Both the position numbers and the translations under genes were made by a program. The notes below the pieces were generated by a model. It ran no database searches, had not been told where the DNA came from, and saw only the letters and a program-made list of their open reading frames with translations. A stretch of DNA of 64,000 nucleotides from Thermodesulfobacteriota bacterium (GTDB taxonomy: Bacteria; Desulfobacterota; Desulfarculia; JACQYL01): positions 1,760,001 through 1,824,000 of the forward strand of contig CAXXLZ010000002.1 in the NCBI GenBank assembly GCA_963675595.2. Reading direction: 5' to 3'. Numbering within the stretch: the stretch's first letter is position 1; each line of letters starts with the position of its first letter. This document shows, piece by piece, positions 50,501-59,624 of the stretch.

Positions 50501-50619
50501 ATGCCCGAATCGTCCGGCCCCCGATGGGCCAACAGGTCCAGCATTCCCCGGACCATCCGGTCCCTGCCCTGAGGTTGTCCTTGATTCTTCAGATAATATA
50601 CCCCTGCGATGCCACACAT
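47539..50619 (-). CDS. AsnB-type glutamine amidotransferase fused to a C-terminal GT-B glycosyltransferase
   Basis: MCGIAG, HRGPD, NGEIYNY, LSGGLDSS, DGQGGDE, RVPFLD; then HAPS...KGS, DQL...EAMSLGKP. Confidence 0.92.
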   Translation of the reverse strand: MCGIAGVYYLKNQGQPQGRDRMVRGMLDLLAHRGPDDSGIRQGDHWTLGHVRLSIIDLSSRGHQPMCNEDGSLWLTYNGEIYNYVELRKELAARGHRFRSDSDTEVILHAYEEWGPEAAERFVGMWAFALADDREQRLWLCRDRFGIKPLYYYLKEEFIVFASEIKALLYYLSREKLPLGLNSKSVQTYFQTGIVDGIEDCLIQGIRRFPPAHNFLCDADGSLKKRYWDVFEAGDGLCIDEPSHVSDTAEKLEALVEESVRLHLRSDVPLGVCLSGGLDSSSVVAMASKHVEPVYTFTTYFDEGPDYDERPYADLAAERFPTRPFRLKVEPGDLSDLVRDMLWYFDEPTLAYGIIPQWFIMKLASSEVKVLLDGQGGDELFAGYDFYLPFFLGSLFRERRLTALKHEVSGMTEHFGCVHALDKLTQGIASAEGMKNGDVGKFQDRLNDFLYRELAFSRLPALLRNEDRNSMAYSIESRVPFLDHRLVEFAFSLPSAFKVHHGWSKYVFRKAAAHFLPEAIAWRKDKKGFPTPFKEWAADRFRNELEALLLAPNSNVTQIMPAQRIREMLVRHSEGKEDLSWPLWRLFSYETWTGLLREGEYLRPKGTMRETAPRVSDGWKNPVEAVDDSAVSIRGDEIGSPEIPPEGSPSLRSHVSEKPVPYVVQRDEEVPECEPGAGYRVFFGPSEIVGYNRRNARALREMGVAARSVSFWDHRFRYGSDEFIRISGEGREYRANLEVLVKDLADRFDVFHFIYGRSLMPGYADVPLLKRLGKKIVMQFVGCDIRARDAVLTDGRAFNPCEICRIEPCRSSDKRAIAGFWEEHADVILSYPENSGLLRQPYRYLPLGYDLEYWKPFPVSVDLPRKGRSVLICHAPSASDLKGSRHVVEAVDRLKAEGHSVRLKLLEGVSFEEVREWINACDVFVDQLLTGWHGAVSIEAMSLGKPAVCYLEPRYLEEHEEHGYEPMPIVNADPSNLYERLKSLTLDRELREQLGRRGRAYVERVHDIRSVAAQLKEIYDTLMFGE

Positions 50620-50628
50620 AGTCGCGCC

Positions 50629-53541
50629 TTACCCTTCCAACGGCCGCCGGCAAAGGATGCCTTCGCCCGGTTGGGTTTCCGGCCGAACGGCTCCGAAAAG
50701 GTCCGTGGAACGCGTCGGCTTCTCGTTCCGAGTGCGGGAAGAAATTCCGGAGTTCGAATCCGCGTCGCCCGAAACTTCCGCGAGCGCCTGCCATTCCACG
50801 AGAGAGCTCAGTCCGTGAATGCGATCACAGCCGAAAAGGGACTGCCGGCCCTCGGGCAAATCGTCCGGTCCGCCCGGAAGTGGGAACAAACCCTCGAACA
50901 CATTTCGAAGCGAATCTTGTTCCAGCACGCGTTCCGCGTCTTCCCGTGAAAGGATCGACTCCAAATATCCCATCCACGCGAGCCGGGAATGGAAGTTCCC
51001 TCCCCCCATGCCGGAAGCAGCCGCTTCCATGGACCAGAAGGAGGAGGTGATATCCGAGAAAAGGTTGTTGATCCGATCCTTCAACCCGGCGTAGCCCGAA
51101 GAAAGGCTGATTTGGTGCAAAAGATTCAGTCGTTCGAACAAGAGAGCGTAAGTCCGGTAGGCTCGGAGCTCGTCGCCTTCAGGGATGGAGTCCTTGTTGA
51201 ACTCAAGTCCGGCGAGAGCCTCCATGAGATTTTGCAGGCTCTTTTCTCTCAGGTCCGAGCCGGATTCGTCGTTGATCGCTTTCGCCGCTCGAAACGACAA
51301 ATCCAGAAAACGAAGCAAAGGAACATTAAGCTGAAGGAGGCCGGCCGCCCCGGAGCGGAACATAGGCTCCTTTCCCGGGATTCCCGCACGGTTCAGGCAT
51401 CCGATAACGTAGTCGTAAGCTTGCCGGAACCTTTGCTCCATGACGGGCTCTTTTCCCCCAAGATAACGGTCCAACCAACACGAGGCCAGGTAGGTATTCT
51501 CCTCCACAAGGAACGGAAGGAGGCTCGAAGCCTCGGGTGCGAGATTTCTTGAGCGGTACCACTCGGCCGGGGCGTGGGCTTGAACCCCGTGTTCATCCAG
51601 CCATTCCGAGCATCGTGGTTCCAGGGGCTCCTTCAACAACAAATCCGGCGCCACCCGCGCAATCTTTGTACACAACGACCCCAGCAACCCCACAAAACCG
51701 GGAAGCACGCAAGGCGTAACGGACAGGACTTCCCTCAGTTCCAGGGGATAAAGCCGCTCCTGCTCCCGCAGGCTCCGCGCGGTCGGCTCCGCAACGACCT
51801 CACCCCGCAGGCGGAGATTCTCCAGAAAAATCTCAAGGTCCCAAGGATGATATGCCTTCCAGTTTTCGGGCATACCGAGTTCGCTCAGTTTTTGTCGCAA
51901 CGCATCCCGCAACCGTCGGCCGGAGCCTGCCGGTTTGGACGGCGGCTTCGCCGTTTCATTCGGCGAACCGGGCCCCGTCCCGAAGCCCGTCATGTTTGCG
52001 GGTACGATCTCCGGCTGCGCCCGGCCTTCTTTGAGCACCTTGGCGTACACAGCCTCCACGAGACCGACCTGTTCTTCGAAGATAAAGGGCACATTGTCGG
52101 GCAGAGAGCGGGAAAAACTTCTGATCTTCTCCGCGATCTCCCCCGGATTTCGGTACAGGACCCCCACGGGATGTGTACCGAAGAACTCCCTGATGCTCTG
52201 CAGGTCATTGGCGATCACCGGCAGACCGGCGGCCAGGTATTCGAACAGCTTGTTGGGCATGGCCGAATGCAGATGCCGCTCGTTTTCAGGAGTCACCACA
52301 AAGGGAACGATACCGAAATCATAGCGGGTCATTTCGAAAACGATGCGCTCCGGAGACACGGGAGCGTGGTAGTGCAGATAGGGGTTGAGACTCGCTTCGC
52401 GCTCATACTCGGGATTATGGAAAGAAGGATACATGTGGAGGTGGATACGCGCGGAGGTCAGTTCCCGAAAGACGGGCAGATAGTAGCGATGAGGCACGCG
52501 CACCGACCCCAATCCGCCCTCGTACACCACGTGAATTTCTCCATCGCCGGAAGAGAGCTTGGGCAAACCGGCCTCCGGCACCATGGCCCGGAGGACGTAG
52601 TTGTGCACCACCGCCGAGGTTTCCAAATCGATACCGTAAAGCGTCAGGGCTTGGTCACGTTGGTAGGACGATACGTAGATGCGACCCGCCGCACCCCGGT
52701 TGGCGATCCCCTCCAGATAGACCAGGTTGGAGTCTCCCCCGTGGCGCAGGGAAATCAGGTCGTGGGTATCGTGAATCACCGGGGTTTTCCCGGCCAAGGC
52801 CGCCACGGTCAACTGATCCGGCTCGTTGTGGCAGTGAATCAGATCGTAGCCGGCGGACAGGTCCCAGAGATGCCGAAGTCCCTTCAGCGGAATGCATTGG
52901 TGGTAAACATCGTCGCTCAGAGCGGGGTACACCTGGCTGAGCCGGGCTCTGGTATAGGCCAGTGAAATACGGTGCCCTCGAGAACGAAGGGCCGTGGCCA
53001 TCTTGTAGTTTCGGATGCACGGGGCGTCCTGCACGAAGAGAATGTTCAAAGGCCGGAGGTCGGCCGCTTCTGAAACGAGTGTTCGAACCGGTTGCTCTTT
53101 CGGTTGCGTCGGCGTCGGATCCCAATTCACCGGTGTCTCGGGCGGGAGGTTCGCGCTCACTTCCGATGCGGGCGCAGGGGCCGAGACCCGCTCGGTTTCC
53201 GGTTCCCTCGGTTTGTCGCCGGAATCCCCGGACCCTCGCTCCACCTTGCGGGCTTTGTCGTATAATTCCAGAGCCTCGGCGGCACGACCCGTCTCTTCGC
53301 AAAGCGCCGCCAGATTCCGCAACGCGTCCGCATGTTCCGGCCGTACGCTCAATGCTCTTCGAAACAAGGACTCCGCTTCCGCCGCGCGACCCCCGCGATG
53401 GTGAAAGACCCCCAGATCGTTCAACGCTCGAGGGTTGTCGGGCTCGTACTTCAAGATCAACTCGAAGATCTCGGCCGCCTGATCTTTGAGTCCCTGACTG
53501 TAAAGAGCTTCGGCACGGTCGAGTTGCCGGGAAAAATCCAT
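50629..53541 (-). CDS. TPR + GT4-like glycosyltransferase + unknown C-terminal domain
   Basis: N-terminal TPRs (ALNDLG), IHCHNEPD, PNKLFEYLAAGLPVI, and a ~400-aa unrecognised tail. Confidence 0.85.
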   Translation of the reverse strand: MDFSRQLDRAEALYSQGLKDQAAEIFELILKYEPDNPRALNDLGVFHHRGGRAAEAESLFRRALSVRPEHADALRNLAALCEETGRAAEALELYDKARKVERGSGDSGDKPREPETERVSAPAPASEVSANLPPETPVNWDPTPTQPKEQPVRTLVSEAADLRPLNILFVQDAPCIRNYKMATALRSRGHRISLAYTRARLSQVYPALSDDVYHQCIPLKGLRHLWDLSAGYDLIHCHNEPDQLTVAALAGKTPVIHDTHDLISLRHGGDSNLVYLEGIANRGAAGRIYVSSYQRDQALTLYGIDLETSAVVHNYVLRAMVPEAGLPKLSSGDGEIHVVYEGGLGSVRVPHRYYLPVFRELTSARIHLHMYPSFHNPEYEREASLNPYLHYHAPVSPERIVFEMTRYDFGIVPFVVTPENERHLHSAMPNKLFEYLAAGLPVIANDLQSIREFFGTHPVGVLYRNPGEIAEKIRSFSRSLPDNVPFIFEEQVGLVEAVYAKVLKEGRAQPEIVPANMTGFGTGPGSPNETAKPPSKPAGSGRRLRDALRQKLSELGMPENWKAYHPWDLEIFLENLRLRGEVVAEPTARSLREQERLYPLELREVLSVTPCVLPGFVGLLGSLCTKIARVAPDLLLKEPLEPRCSEWLDEHGVQAHAPAEWYRSRNLAPEASSLLPFLVEENTYLASCWLDRYLGGKEPVMEQRFRQAYDYVIGCLNRAGIPGKEPMFRSGAAGLLQLNVPLLRFLDLSFRAAKAINDESGSDLREKSLQNLMEALAGLEFNKDSIPEGDELRAYRTYALLFERLNLLHQISLSSGYAGLKDRINNLFSDITSSFWSMEAAASGMGGGNFHSRLAWMGYLESILSREDAERVLEQDSLRNVFEGLFPLPGGPDDLPEGRQSLFGCDRIHGLSSLVEWQALAEVSGDADSNSGISSRTRNEKPTRSTDLFGAVRPETQPGEGILCRRPLEG

Positions 53542-53601
53542 GACGAATCCTTGACGGTTACCGGAAGTGTGGCGTCGGCTTCATGGTCGTCGGTCCGACC
53601 C

Positions 53602-53988
53602 TCAAAACTCGTCCGACCCCGTATCCTCGCTTCGCATCTTCCGAAAAAAGGAAAAAATCTCGGAACGAACGGCCTCCGCGACCCGATCCGCCAGAACGGT
53701 CACGGCATCGGGTTCGAGGAGCTGGGGAAGACGAGCGGGAAGCTGTGGGTCATTGAGAGTGCGTTCGATGAGGTCGAGGGCCACGCCCCGACTTCGAAGC
53801 CGTTTGATGCCTTGGATTACCTCAAGATGCCGCGGACCATAGCGACGTTGGCCCCCCGAAGTCCTCTCCGGAGTCAACAATCCCGGCAACTGTTTTTCCC
53901 AAAAACGCAGGGTGTGCTCGGGCACACCCGTAATCTTTCCGGCTTCACGTATGGTGAGCCTGGTATCTTCTTCCATCGCCTTTCCCAT
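53602..53988 (-). CDS. MerR-family HTH regulator
   Basis: TIREAGKITGVPEHTLRFWE...RTSGGQRRY. Start at 53988 or 53976. Confidence 0.92.
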   Translation of the reverse strand: MGKAMEEDTRLTIREAGKITGVPEHTLRFWEKQLPGLLTPERTSGGQRRYGPRHLEVIQGIKRLRSRGVALDLIERTLNDPQLPARLPQLLEPDAVTVLADRVAEAVRSEIFSFFRKMRSEDTGSDEF

Positions 53989-54025
53989 ATCGGATGAACT
54001 GGAACTTCACTTTAGCTTCAGGTTA

Positions 54026-54041
54026 AGCAACATCCATACCA
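54026..54041 (-). promoter_or_regulatory. Putative sigma54 promoter for the merR-glycosylation operon
   Basis: Minus strand TGGTATG-GATG-TTGCT with exact -24/-12 spacing, about 40 bp before the merR start. Confidence 0.7.
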
Positions 54042-54217
54042 GACGGCCGACATATTAGCAAGTAACTAAAATATCAGATTGAATGAGAGACCGAGGTGAT
54101 GCCGGCAGGTTCAAGAGCTGAATTCAAACCGGGCAAGAATGTCCGTCGATGGAAAAAAACGTCTTGATGGGCAGGGCGTTTCGGAAAATTCATCCTGCGC
54201 CACTTGTCCGAATCGCC

Positions 54218-54250
54218 CTTCATGTTTTCTTCATGTCGCCCTCTTATAGT
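54218..54250 (+). promoter_or_regulatory. OmpR/PhoB-type tandem box plus -10 upstream of the PepSY gene
   Basis: CTTCATGT at 54218 and 54229 (11-bp period), followed by TATAGT at 54245. Confidence 0.6.
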
Positions 54251-54324
54251 GCCGCTGAAGATGCAGGAAAACGGAAGCTCGCTTCGAAGATCGAGCGAAA
54301 ACCCTTTTAATGAGAGGTCACATC

Positions 54325-54726
54325 ATGAAAAAGAAATGGATTGCTTTTCTCGTAGGTACGGTCTTGGTCGGCGGTTTTGTCGTCTTGGGAGCAAAATTTG
54401 CGAAATCGGAAAGTACGGAAGTTCACGGCGGCACCATTCGCATCGAAAATCAGGCTGAGGCCCAATTCCCATCAATGGCGAAGATATCTCTGGAGCAGGC
54501 GGCTCGGGAAGCTTCGACTTCGGTCCAAGGCCGGGTTCTAAAGGTGGAGCTCGAGAATGAGGACGGTTTTCTCGTCTATGAGGTTCGGTTGGCGGGCGAC
54601 GATAAGTCCGTCTCGGATGTGATGGTGGATGCCGGTTCGGGAAAAGTGCTGGGCGTGGAACACCTAGGAAAGGCCGGCGAGCATCAGGAATCCGGCGATC
54701 AAGGCGAGGGAGAATGTGACGACTGA
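54325..54726 (+). CDS. PepSY domain protein
   Basis: Signal/TM helix, AKISLEQA...VELENEDGFLVYEV...VDAGSGKVL. Confidence 0.88.
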   Translation: MKKKWIAFLVGTVLVGGFVVLGAKFAKSESTEVHGGTIRIENQAEAQFPSMAKISLEQAAREASTSVQGRVLKVELENEDGFLVYEVRLAGDDKSVSDVMVDAGSGKVLGVEHLGKAGEHQESGDQGEGECDD

Positions 54727-54995
54727 TCCAAGGACACCCGCGGGCCGGCCTGTAATGTTCTTGGCGGCCGGGACGACCGTAATTCCTTGAGAATTTAACC
54801 GGTTCGTGACCCGGCCGCACATGCGGGTGCCGAGGGGGAGAGATGCGGACAATCACGTCCCGTCGTTTCCGAGTCCGCTCTCTCTCCGCTTCCCGGCAAT
54901 GACGTTCGACTTCCGGCCGGCCGGCCGCCTCGGTAGGATTGGAGAAAGGACATCGGGATGCTGATCCGCCCGTTGAAGAAGGAGGAAAAAGACGC

Positions 54996-55769
54996 ATGAA
55001 CGTTGTAAAAGTAAACCACGATGCCGAAACGGCTTTGAGCAAGGTGCCTGAAGTCACTCTGCTGTTCTGGATCATGAAAATCACCGCCACCACCCTGGGC
55101 GAAACAGGGGGAGACGCGGTATCCATGTCCATGAACTTGGGCTACCTGGTGGGCACGGGAATCTTCGCTGCCGTCTTCCTGGCGGCCGCGGCCGCCCAGA
55201 TCAAGGCCAAACGCTTCCATCCCGTGCCGTACTGGACGACCATTGTGGCCACCACCACCGTGGGCACGACATTGGCCGATTTTGCCGATCGTTCGTTGGG
55301 CATCGGCTATGCGGGCGGGACAACCCTTCTGCTCGCACTGTTGGCGGCTTCGCTGATTGCTTGGTATTGCTCGACAGGATCGGTGTCCGTGAATACGGTT
55401 AGTTCACCCAAGGTGGAAATGTTCTATTGGATCACTATCATGTTCTCACAAACACTGGGCACGGCCTTGGGCGACTGGACCGCCGACACCGCGGGATTGG
55501 GCTACGGCGGCGGAGCGCTGGTGTACTCCGGCCTGCTGGCATTGATGGTTGCGGCCTACCGGTGGACGAACATTTCCCGGACGGCGTTGTTCTGGGGAGC
55601 GTTCGTGCTGACGCGACCGCTGGGCGCCGTACTGGGCGACCTTTTGGACAAGCCGCTGGATCAAGGCGGCATGGCTCTGAGCCGCTACACCGCATCCATC
55701 GTGCTGATGGTTTCCATCAGCGCCTGTATTTTGTTGTTTCCGCATCGGGCAAGCAGCAGAGCCCATTGA
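54996..55769 (+). CDS. DUF347/COG4705 membrane protein
   Basis: SKVPEVT.LFWIMKI.ATTLGET, with repeated TT.GT..AD, QTLGTALGD and TRPLGA..GD motifs. AAGGAGG RBS. Confidence 0.88.
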   Translation: MNVVKVNHDAETALSKVPEVTLLFWIMKITATTLGETGGDAVSMSMNLGYLVGTGIFAAVFLAAAAAQIKAKRFHPVPYWTTIVATTTVGTTLADFADRSLGIGYAGGTTLLLALLAASLIAWYCSTGSVSVNTVSSPKVEMFYWITIMFSQTLGTALGDWTADTAGLGYGGGALVYSGLLALMVAAYRWTNISRTALFWGAFVLTRPLGAVLGDLLDKPLDQGGMALSRYTASIVLMVSISACILLFPHRASSRAH

Positions 55770-56009
55770 GAAAGGACGCCGCTTCGCCCGCCGCATGAGT
55801 GCCCGGCGACCGGAGCCCCCTTGCGATACCGCGAAGCGGGACGTCCAGAAGGATTCGGCGTTTGCGTCTCCGGTCGTCATGCGAACGGCATGAGGCCGGC
55901 GCCGCAGGCTGCCGCGGGCCTGGCCGAGGACGAGAAGTAAAAGAGGTTCTTGAATGCGGACGTGCCGGCACGCAAGACTTGAGACCCAGTATGCCGATTG
56001 GGTGAAACG

Positions 56010-56693
56010 ATGCGAATATTAGTCGTAGACGATGAGCAGACTTTGTTGGACCAACTCAAGCATGCGCTCGAAGAGCAACGTTACATGGTCGAAACCTCGC
56101 TGGACGGGGAAGAGGCCCTGGACAAATTGTTTGAGAACCCGCCCGACTTGATCATACTCGACATCATGCTGCCCAACCAGGACGGCCTGTCGGTTCTTCG
56201 AGAAATCCGACGGGCGGGCATCACCACACCGGTTCTCATGTTGACCGCCAGGGTGGCGGTGGACGACAAAATCAAGGGGCTCGACTTGGGCGCGGACGAC
56301 TATCTGGCCAAGCCGTTCTCACTGGATGAGCTCTTGGCGCGCATCCGGGCCCTGTTCAGACGCGCCGCGGGACAGGGGCATTCAACCCTGCAAGTCAAGG
56401 ATCTGCGACTCGATACCGTGAGCCGCGAAGTAACCAAGGGAGGTGAGGCGGTGGAATTGACCGCCAGGGAATTCTCCATCCTGGAATTCCTCCTTTACAA
56501 CAAGAACAGGGCCGTATCGCGTTTCAGCCTGGCCGAGCACGTCTGGGGCGACGCTTTCGACCCTTTCAGCATGTCCAATTTTATGGACGTACATATCAAG
56601 AACCTTCGAAAAAAGATTGGGGACTCAGGCGGCGGGGGCATCATCCGAACCGTCCGGGGAGTAGGCTATATTGTCAAGGATGAAGCGGAATGA
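56010..56693 (+). CDS. OmpR-family response regulator
   Basis: VVDDE, LDIMLP, GADDYLAKPF, winged helix ending IRTVRGVGY. Confidence 0.96.
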   Translation: MRILVVDDEQTLLDQLKHALEEQRYMVETSLDGEEALDKLFENPPDLIILDIMLPNQDGLSVLREIRRAGITTPVLMLTARVAVDDKIKGLDLGADDYLAKPFSLDELLARIRALFRRAAGQGHSTLQVKDLRLDTVSREVTKGGEAVELTAREFSILEFLLYNKNRAVSRFSLAEHVWGDAFDPFSMSNFMDVHIKNLRKKIGDSGGGGIIRTVRGVGYIVKDEAE

Positions 56694-58081
56694 CCGTTCG
56701 GCAAAAGATTACCCTGCTGATCACCGCGGCCGGTTTTCTGTCCAGTCTGGTGTTCTCCTGCACCATACTGTGGGAAATGCTGGAGCAGCCCTTCCATATT
56801 ATTGACTCGGACTTGGAGGCTGCGGGAAGGCGGGCCGTACGTGCCGTTCTTGGCGGCGATCGAGGGAAAGAGCCGGAGCCCAACCGGTCCATGGGCGATG
56901 AAAGATATTGGCTGGAAATCAGAGATCCGGACTCCGGCAAATCGATCTACCGAACGGACTTGGCCAAGACATTCGATATCCCGGAACCCGCTCTCGGCTC
57001 CGCCGCCACCGTCAGGGTCACCATCCCCGGGGAAGCAGTCGACTTGGGGCAAAATCGGCGCAACGAAGCAACCTTTCGAGTGCGGAAGTCTCGAATATCA
57101 CTCGACGGAAGGACGTTTTTGGTTTGCGTGGCTCGCCCCATAGAAAATCTGGAACAAGAGCTGTGGGAAACCATGATCGGCGTCGGCGGCGGCCTCCTCT
57201 TATCGGTGCTCTTGCTGATGGTGCTCAGCTATGTTGTGGCCGGTATCATTCTCAAACCGGTCAGGACCATTAATGATCAAGCACGGGATATCAGTGAAAA
57301 GCACCTGGATCGAAGAATGCCGGTATCCGGCGGCCACGATGAATTCAACGCCTTGGCCCAAACGCTCAACAAGGTTTTCGACCGATTGCAGCACGCCTTC
57401 ATGCGACAAAAGAGACTCCTCGCCGACGCGTCGCACGAATTGAAGACGCCCCTGACCATGATGCGGCTAGCGTTGGATGGGCTACGTTCCGACCACACCG
57501 AAACACAATCCGACACCCAAATAGAAAGCCTCGAGCGGATAACCGAGCAAGTGCTGCGCATGGAGCGGCTTGTCAAAAGCCTGTTGGATTTGTCATCTTT
57601 TGAAATGGAGGCTGCCGCGGCAAAGAATCCGATAGACTTGGCGGAAATATTATCGTCGCTGGTCGCTGATTACCGAACACTGGCCGAGTCGCGAAACATT
57701 TCCATAAGCGCCGATCTTCCCACGCCATTGGAGGCGACGGGAGACACGGAGAAATTAAGGAGGGCCTTTTCCAACCTGCTGGACAATGCCGTCAAATACA
57801 ACATGGATGGGGGACAAGTTGCGTTGGCTCTTGATCGATCCGACGTCCGTCTCACCATCACCATAAGCAATACGGGGCCCGGCGTGCCCGAAAAAGAAAT
57901 CCCCAAAGTGTTCGATCAGTTCTACAGAGTCGACCCCTCAAGATCGCTTCGGCACGGCGGTGCCGGGTTGGGCTTGGCCATCGTCAAAAGGATTATCGAA
58001 CTTCACGGCGGCGATGTGAATCTCGAAAGCCGATCGGGGGGTTGGACGCGAGTTACCGTAAACCTGCCTCGACACCGCTAG
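56690..58081 (+). CDS. Sensor histidine kinase (2 TM, HAMP)
   Basis: ADASHELKTPL, NLLDNAVKY, FYRVD, GAGLGLAI. ATGA-coupled to the response regulator. Confidence 0.96.
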   Translation: MTVRQKITLLITAAGFLSSLVFSCTILWEMLEQPFHIIDSDLEAAGRRAVRAVLGGDRGKEPEPNRSMGDERYWLEIRDPDSGKSIYRTDLAKTFDIPEPALGSAATVRVTIPGEAVDLGQNRRNEATFRVRKSRISLDGRTFLVCVARPIENLEQELWETMIGVGGGLLLSVLLLMVLSYVVAGIILKPVRTINDQARDISEKHLDRRMPVSGGHDEFNALAQTLNKVFDRLQHAFMRQKRLLADASHELKTPLTMMRLALDGLRSDHTETQSDTQIESLERITEQVLRMERLVKSLLDLSSFEMEAAAAKNPIDLAEILSSLVADYRTLAESRNISISADLPTPLEATGDTEKLRRAFSNLLDNAVKYNMDGGQVALALDRSDVRLTITISNTGPGVPEKEIPKVFDQFYRVDPSRSLRHGGAGLGLAIVKRIIELHGGDVNLESRSGGWTRVTVNLPRHR

Positions 58082-58379
58082 ACGGTATGGGAATGAAAGA
58101 GCCGGCGTAGATGTTCGCCATTACCGAAACCGAACAAGTCCTCTGCTCCGGAAAATTAAGGTGCCCAAGAGCTCGGTTATGCTGTATCTCAAAAACAAAT
58201 CCACAATTCCAGGTAATACAATAGACGTTCACGCTTCACCGTCGGAGGGCCGGCTTACCGGAAAGCGGAAAATTCCGGACATTACCTTGTGAATTGGGGT
58301 AAGATGTGGGCTCCATCGAACTCGGGGCGAAACATACGCCGTGTTTTCCACCCAATCCTCCCCGAAAAGGAGCGCTTCC

Positions 58380-59354
58380 ATGATAGAGCCGATAGATTCG
58401 AACCTGTTTCGGCTGGAAATACCTCTCCCGGAGAGCCCGCTAAAGTACACTAATTCGTATGTCCTGTTGGATACGGAAAGAAATCTGATCATTGATACGG
58501 GATTCAATCGGTCGGAATGTCTGGACGCCATGATGCGGGGTCTCGCCGAACTCGATGTGGACCTCCGAAAAACCGATTTTCTGATCACTCACCTTCATGC
58601 GGACCATTTCGGACTTGCGGCGAAACTGGCATCCGAGACTTCCAGAATCTACTTCAACCGACCTGATGCGGAAGCCCTGCAAAACTGGGGTAACTGGGAC
58701 CCGATCATCACCTACGCGGGTCGGAACGGATTTTCGAAAGATGAGCTTCAGTCCGTCATCGGCAGACATCCCGGCATCATTTACGGCCCCGAATTCATCC
58801 CCGAGATGACGTTCCTGGAAGACGGCGACACCCTACGCGCCGGAGGTTACCTCCTCCGGTGCATTCAGACTCCCGGCCACACCAGAGGCCATCTCTGTCT
58901 GTACGAACCCCAAAAAAAGATGCTGTTTTCGGGGGATCACATTCTCCTCGACATCACTCCCAACATCCTGTGCTGGTGGGAGGATGAGAATCCGTTGAAA
59001 AACTACCTATCCAGCCTCGACAAAGTGATGGAGCTGGAGGTCGAGCTGGTGCTGCCCGGACACCGGAGGCGATTTACGGATTGCAGGGAACGCATTCTGG
59101 AATTGAAGGAGCATCACGGGAATCGAATCCACGAGGTCATGGAGATTCTCGGCAGGGGTGCTCTAAGCCCCTATGAAACCGCTTCATACATGACGTGGGA
59201 TATTTCCTGCGACTCGTGGGATCAGTTTCCCGTGGCACAGAAATGGTTTGCCACAGGAGAAGCACTTTCGCATTTGAGGTTCCTCGAAGAGGAGGGAACG
59301 GTGGTGAGAGAAACGGAAACCCCGACCATCACCTACAAACTGAGTTCTCCGTAG
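58380..59354 (+). CDS. MBL-fold metallo-hydrolase
   Basis: IDTG, THLHADHFG, TPGHT, FSGDH, LPGH. AAGGAG RBS. Confidence 0.92.
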   Translation: MIEPIDSNLFRLEIPLPESPLKYTNSYVLLDTERNLIIDTGFNRSECLDAMMRGLAELDVDLRKTDFLITHLHADHFGLAAKLASETSRIYFNRPDAEALQNWGNWDPIITYAGRNGFSKDELQSVIGRHPGIIYGPEFIPEMTFLEDGDTLRAGGYLLRCIQTPGHTRGHLCLYEPQKKMLFSGDHILLDITPNILCWWEDENPLKNYLSSLDKVMELEVELVLPGHRRRFTDCRERILELKEHHGNRIHEVMEILGRGALSPYETASYMTWDISCDSWDQFPVAQKWFATGEALSHLRFLEEEGTVVRETETPTITYKLSSP

Positions 59355-59463
59355 ACCATTTTCCTCCTTTGCCGCCGACTCCCAAGTCCACCGTTTTCTT
59401 GGAGTGTCCCCTCCGCCGAGAAAATCAAAGAAGAGAGTCGGCGTCTGAAAGAGCGGCGCAAAA

Positions 59464-59503
59464 CGGGTCTCCCGGACTTTACCGATAGAGGCCGGGAGAC
59501 CCG
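59464..59503. terminator. 12-bp perfect hairpin between convergent genes
   Basis: CGGGTCTCCCGG/CCGGGAGACCCG, with no clear U-tract. Confidence 0.35.
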
Positions 59504-59624
59504 CCGAGAAAGACGGATTCGCCAAACTGAAAGCCGATTATCTTCGAACGGTTGATTCCGGTACAAAGGGAACAAGTGATTCCAGCGTCGCCATTTTCCA
59601 TCGATTTGAATTGAGACTCACCCC

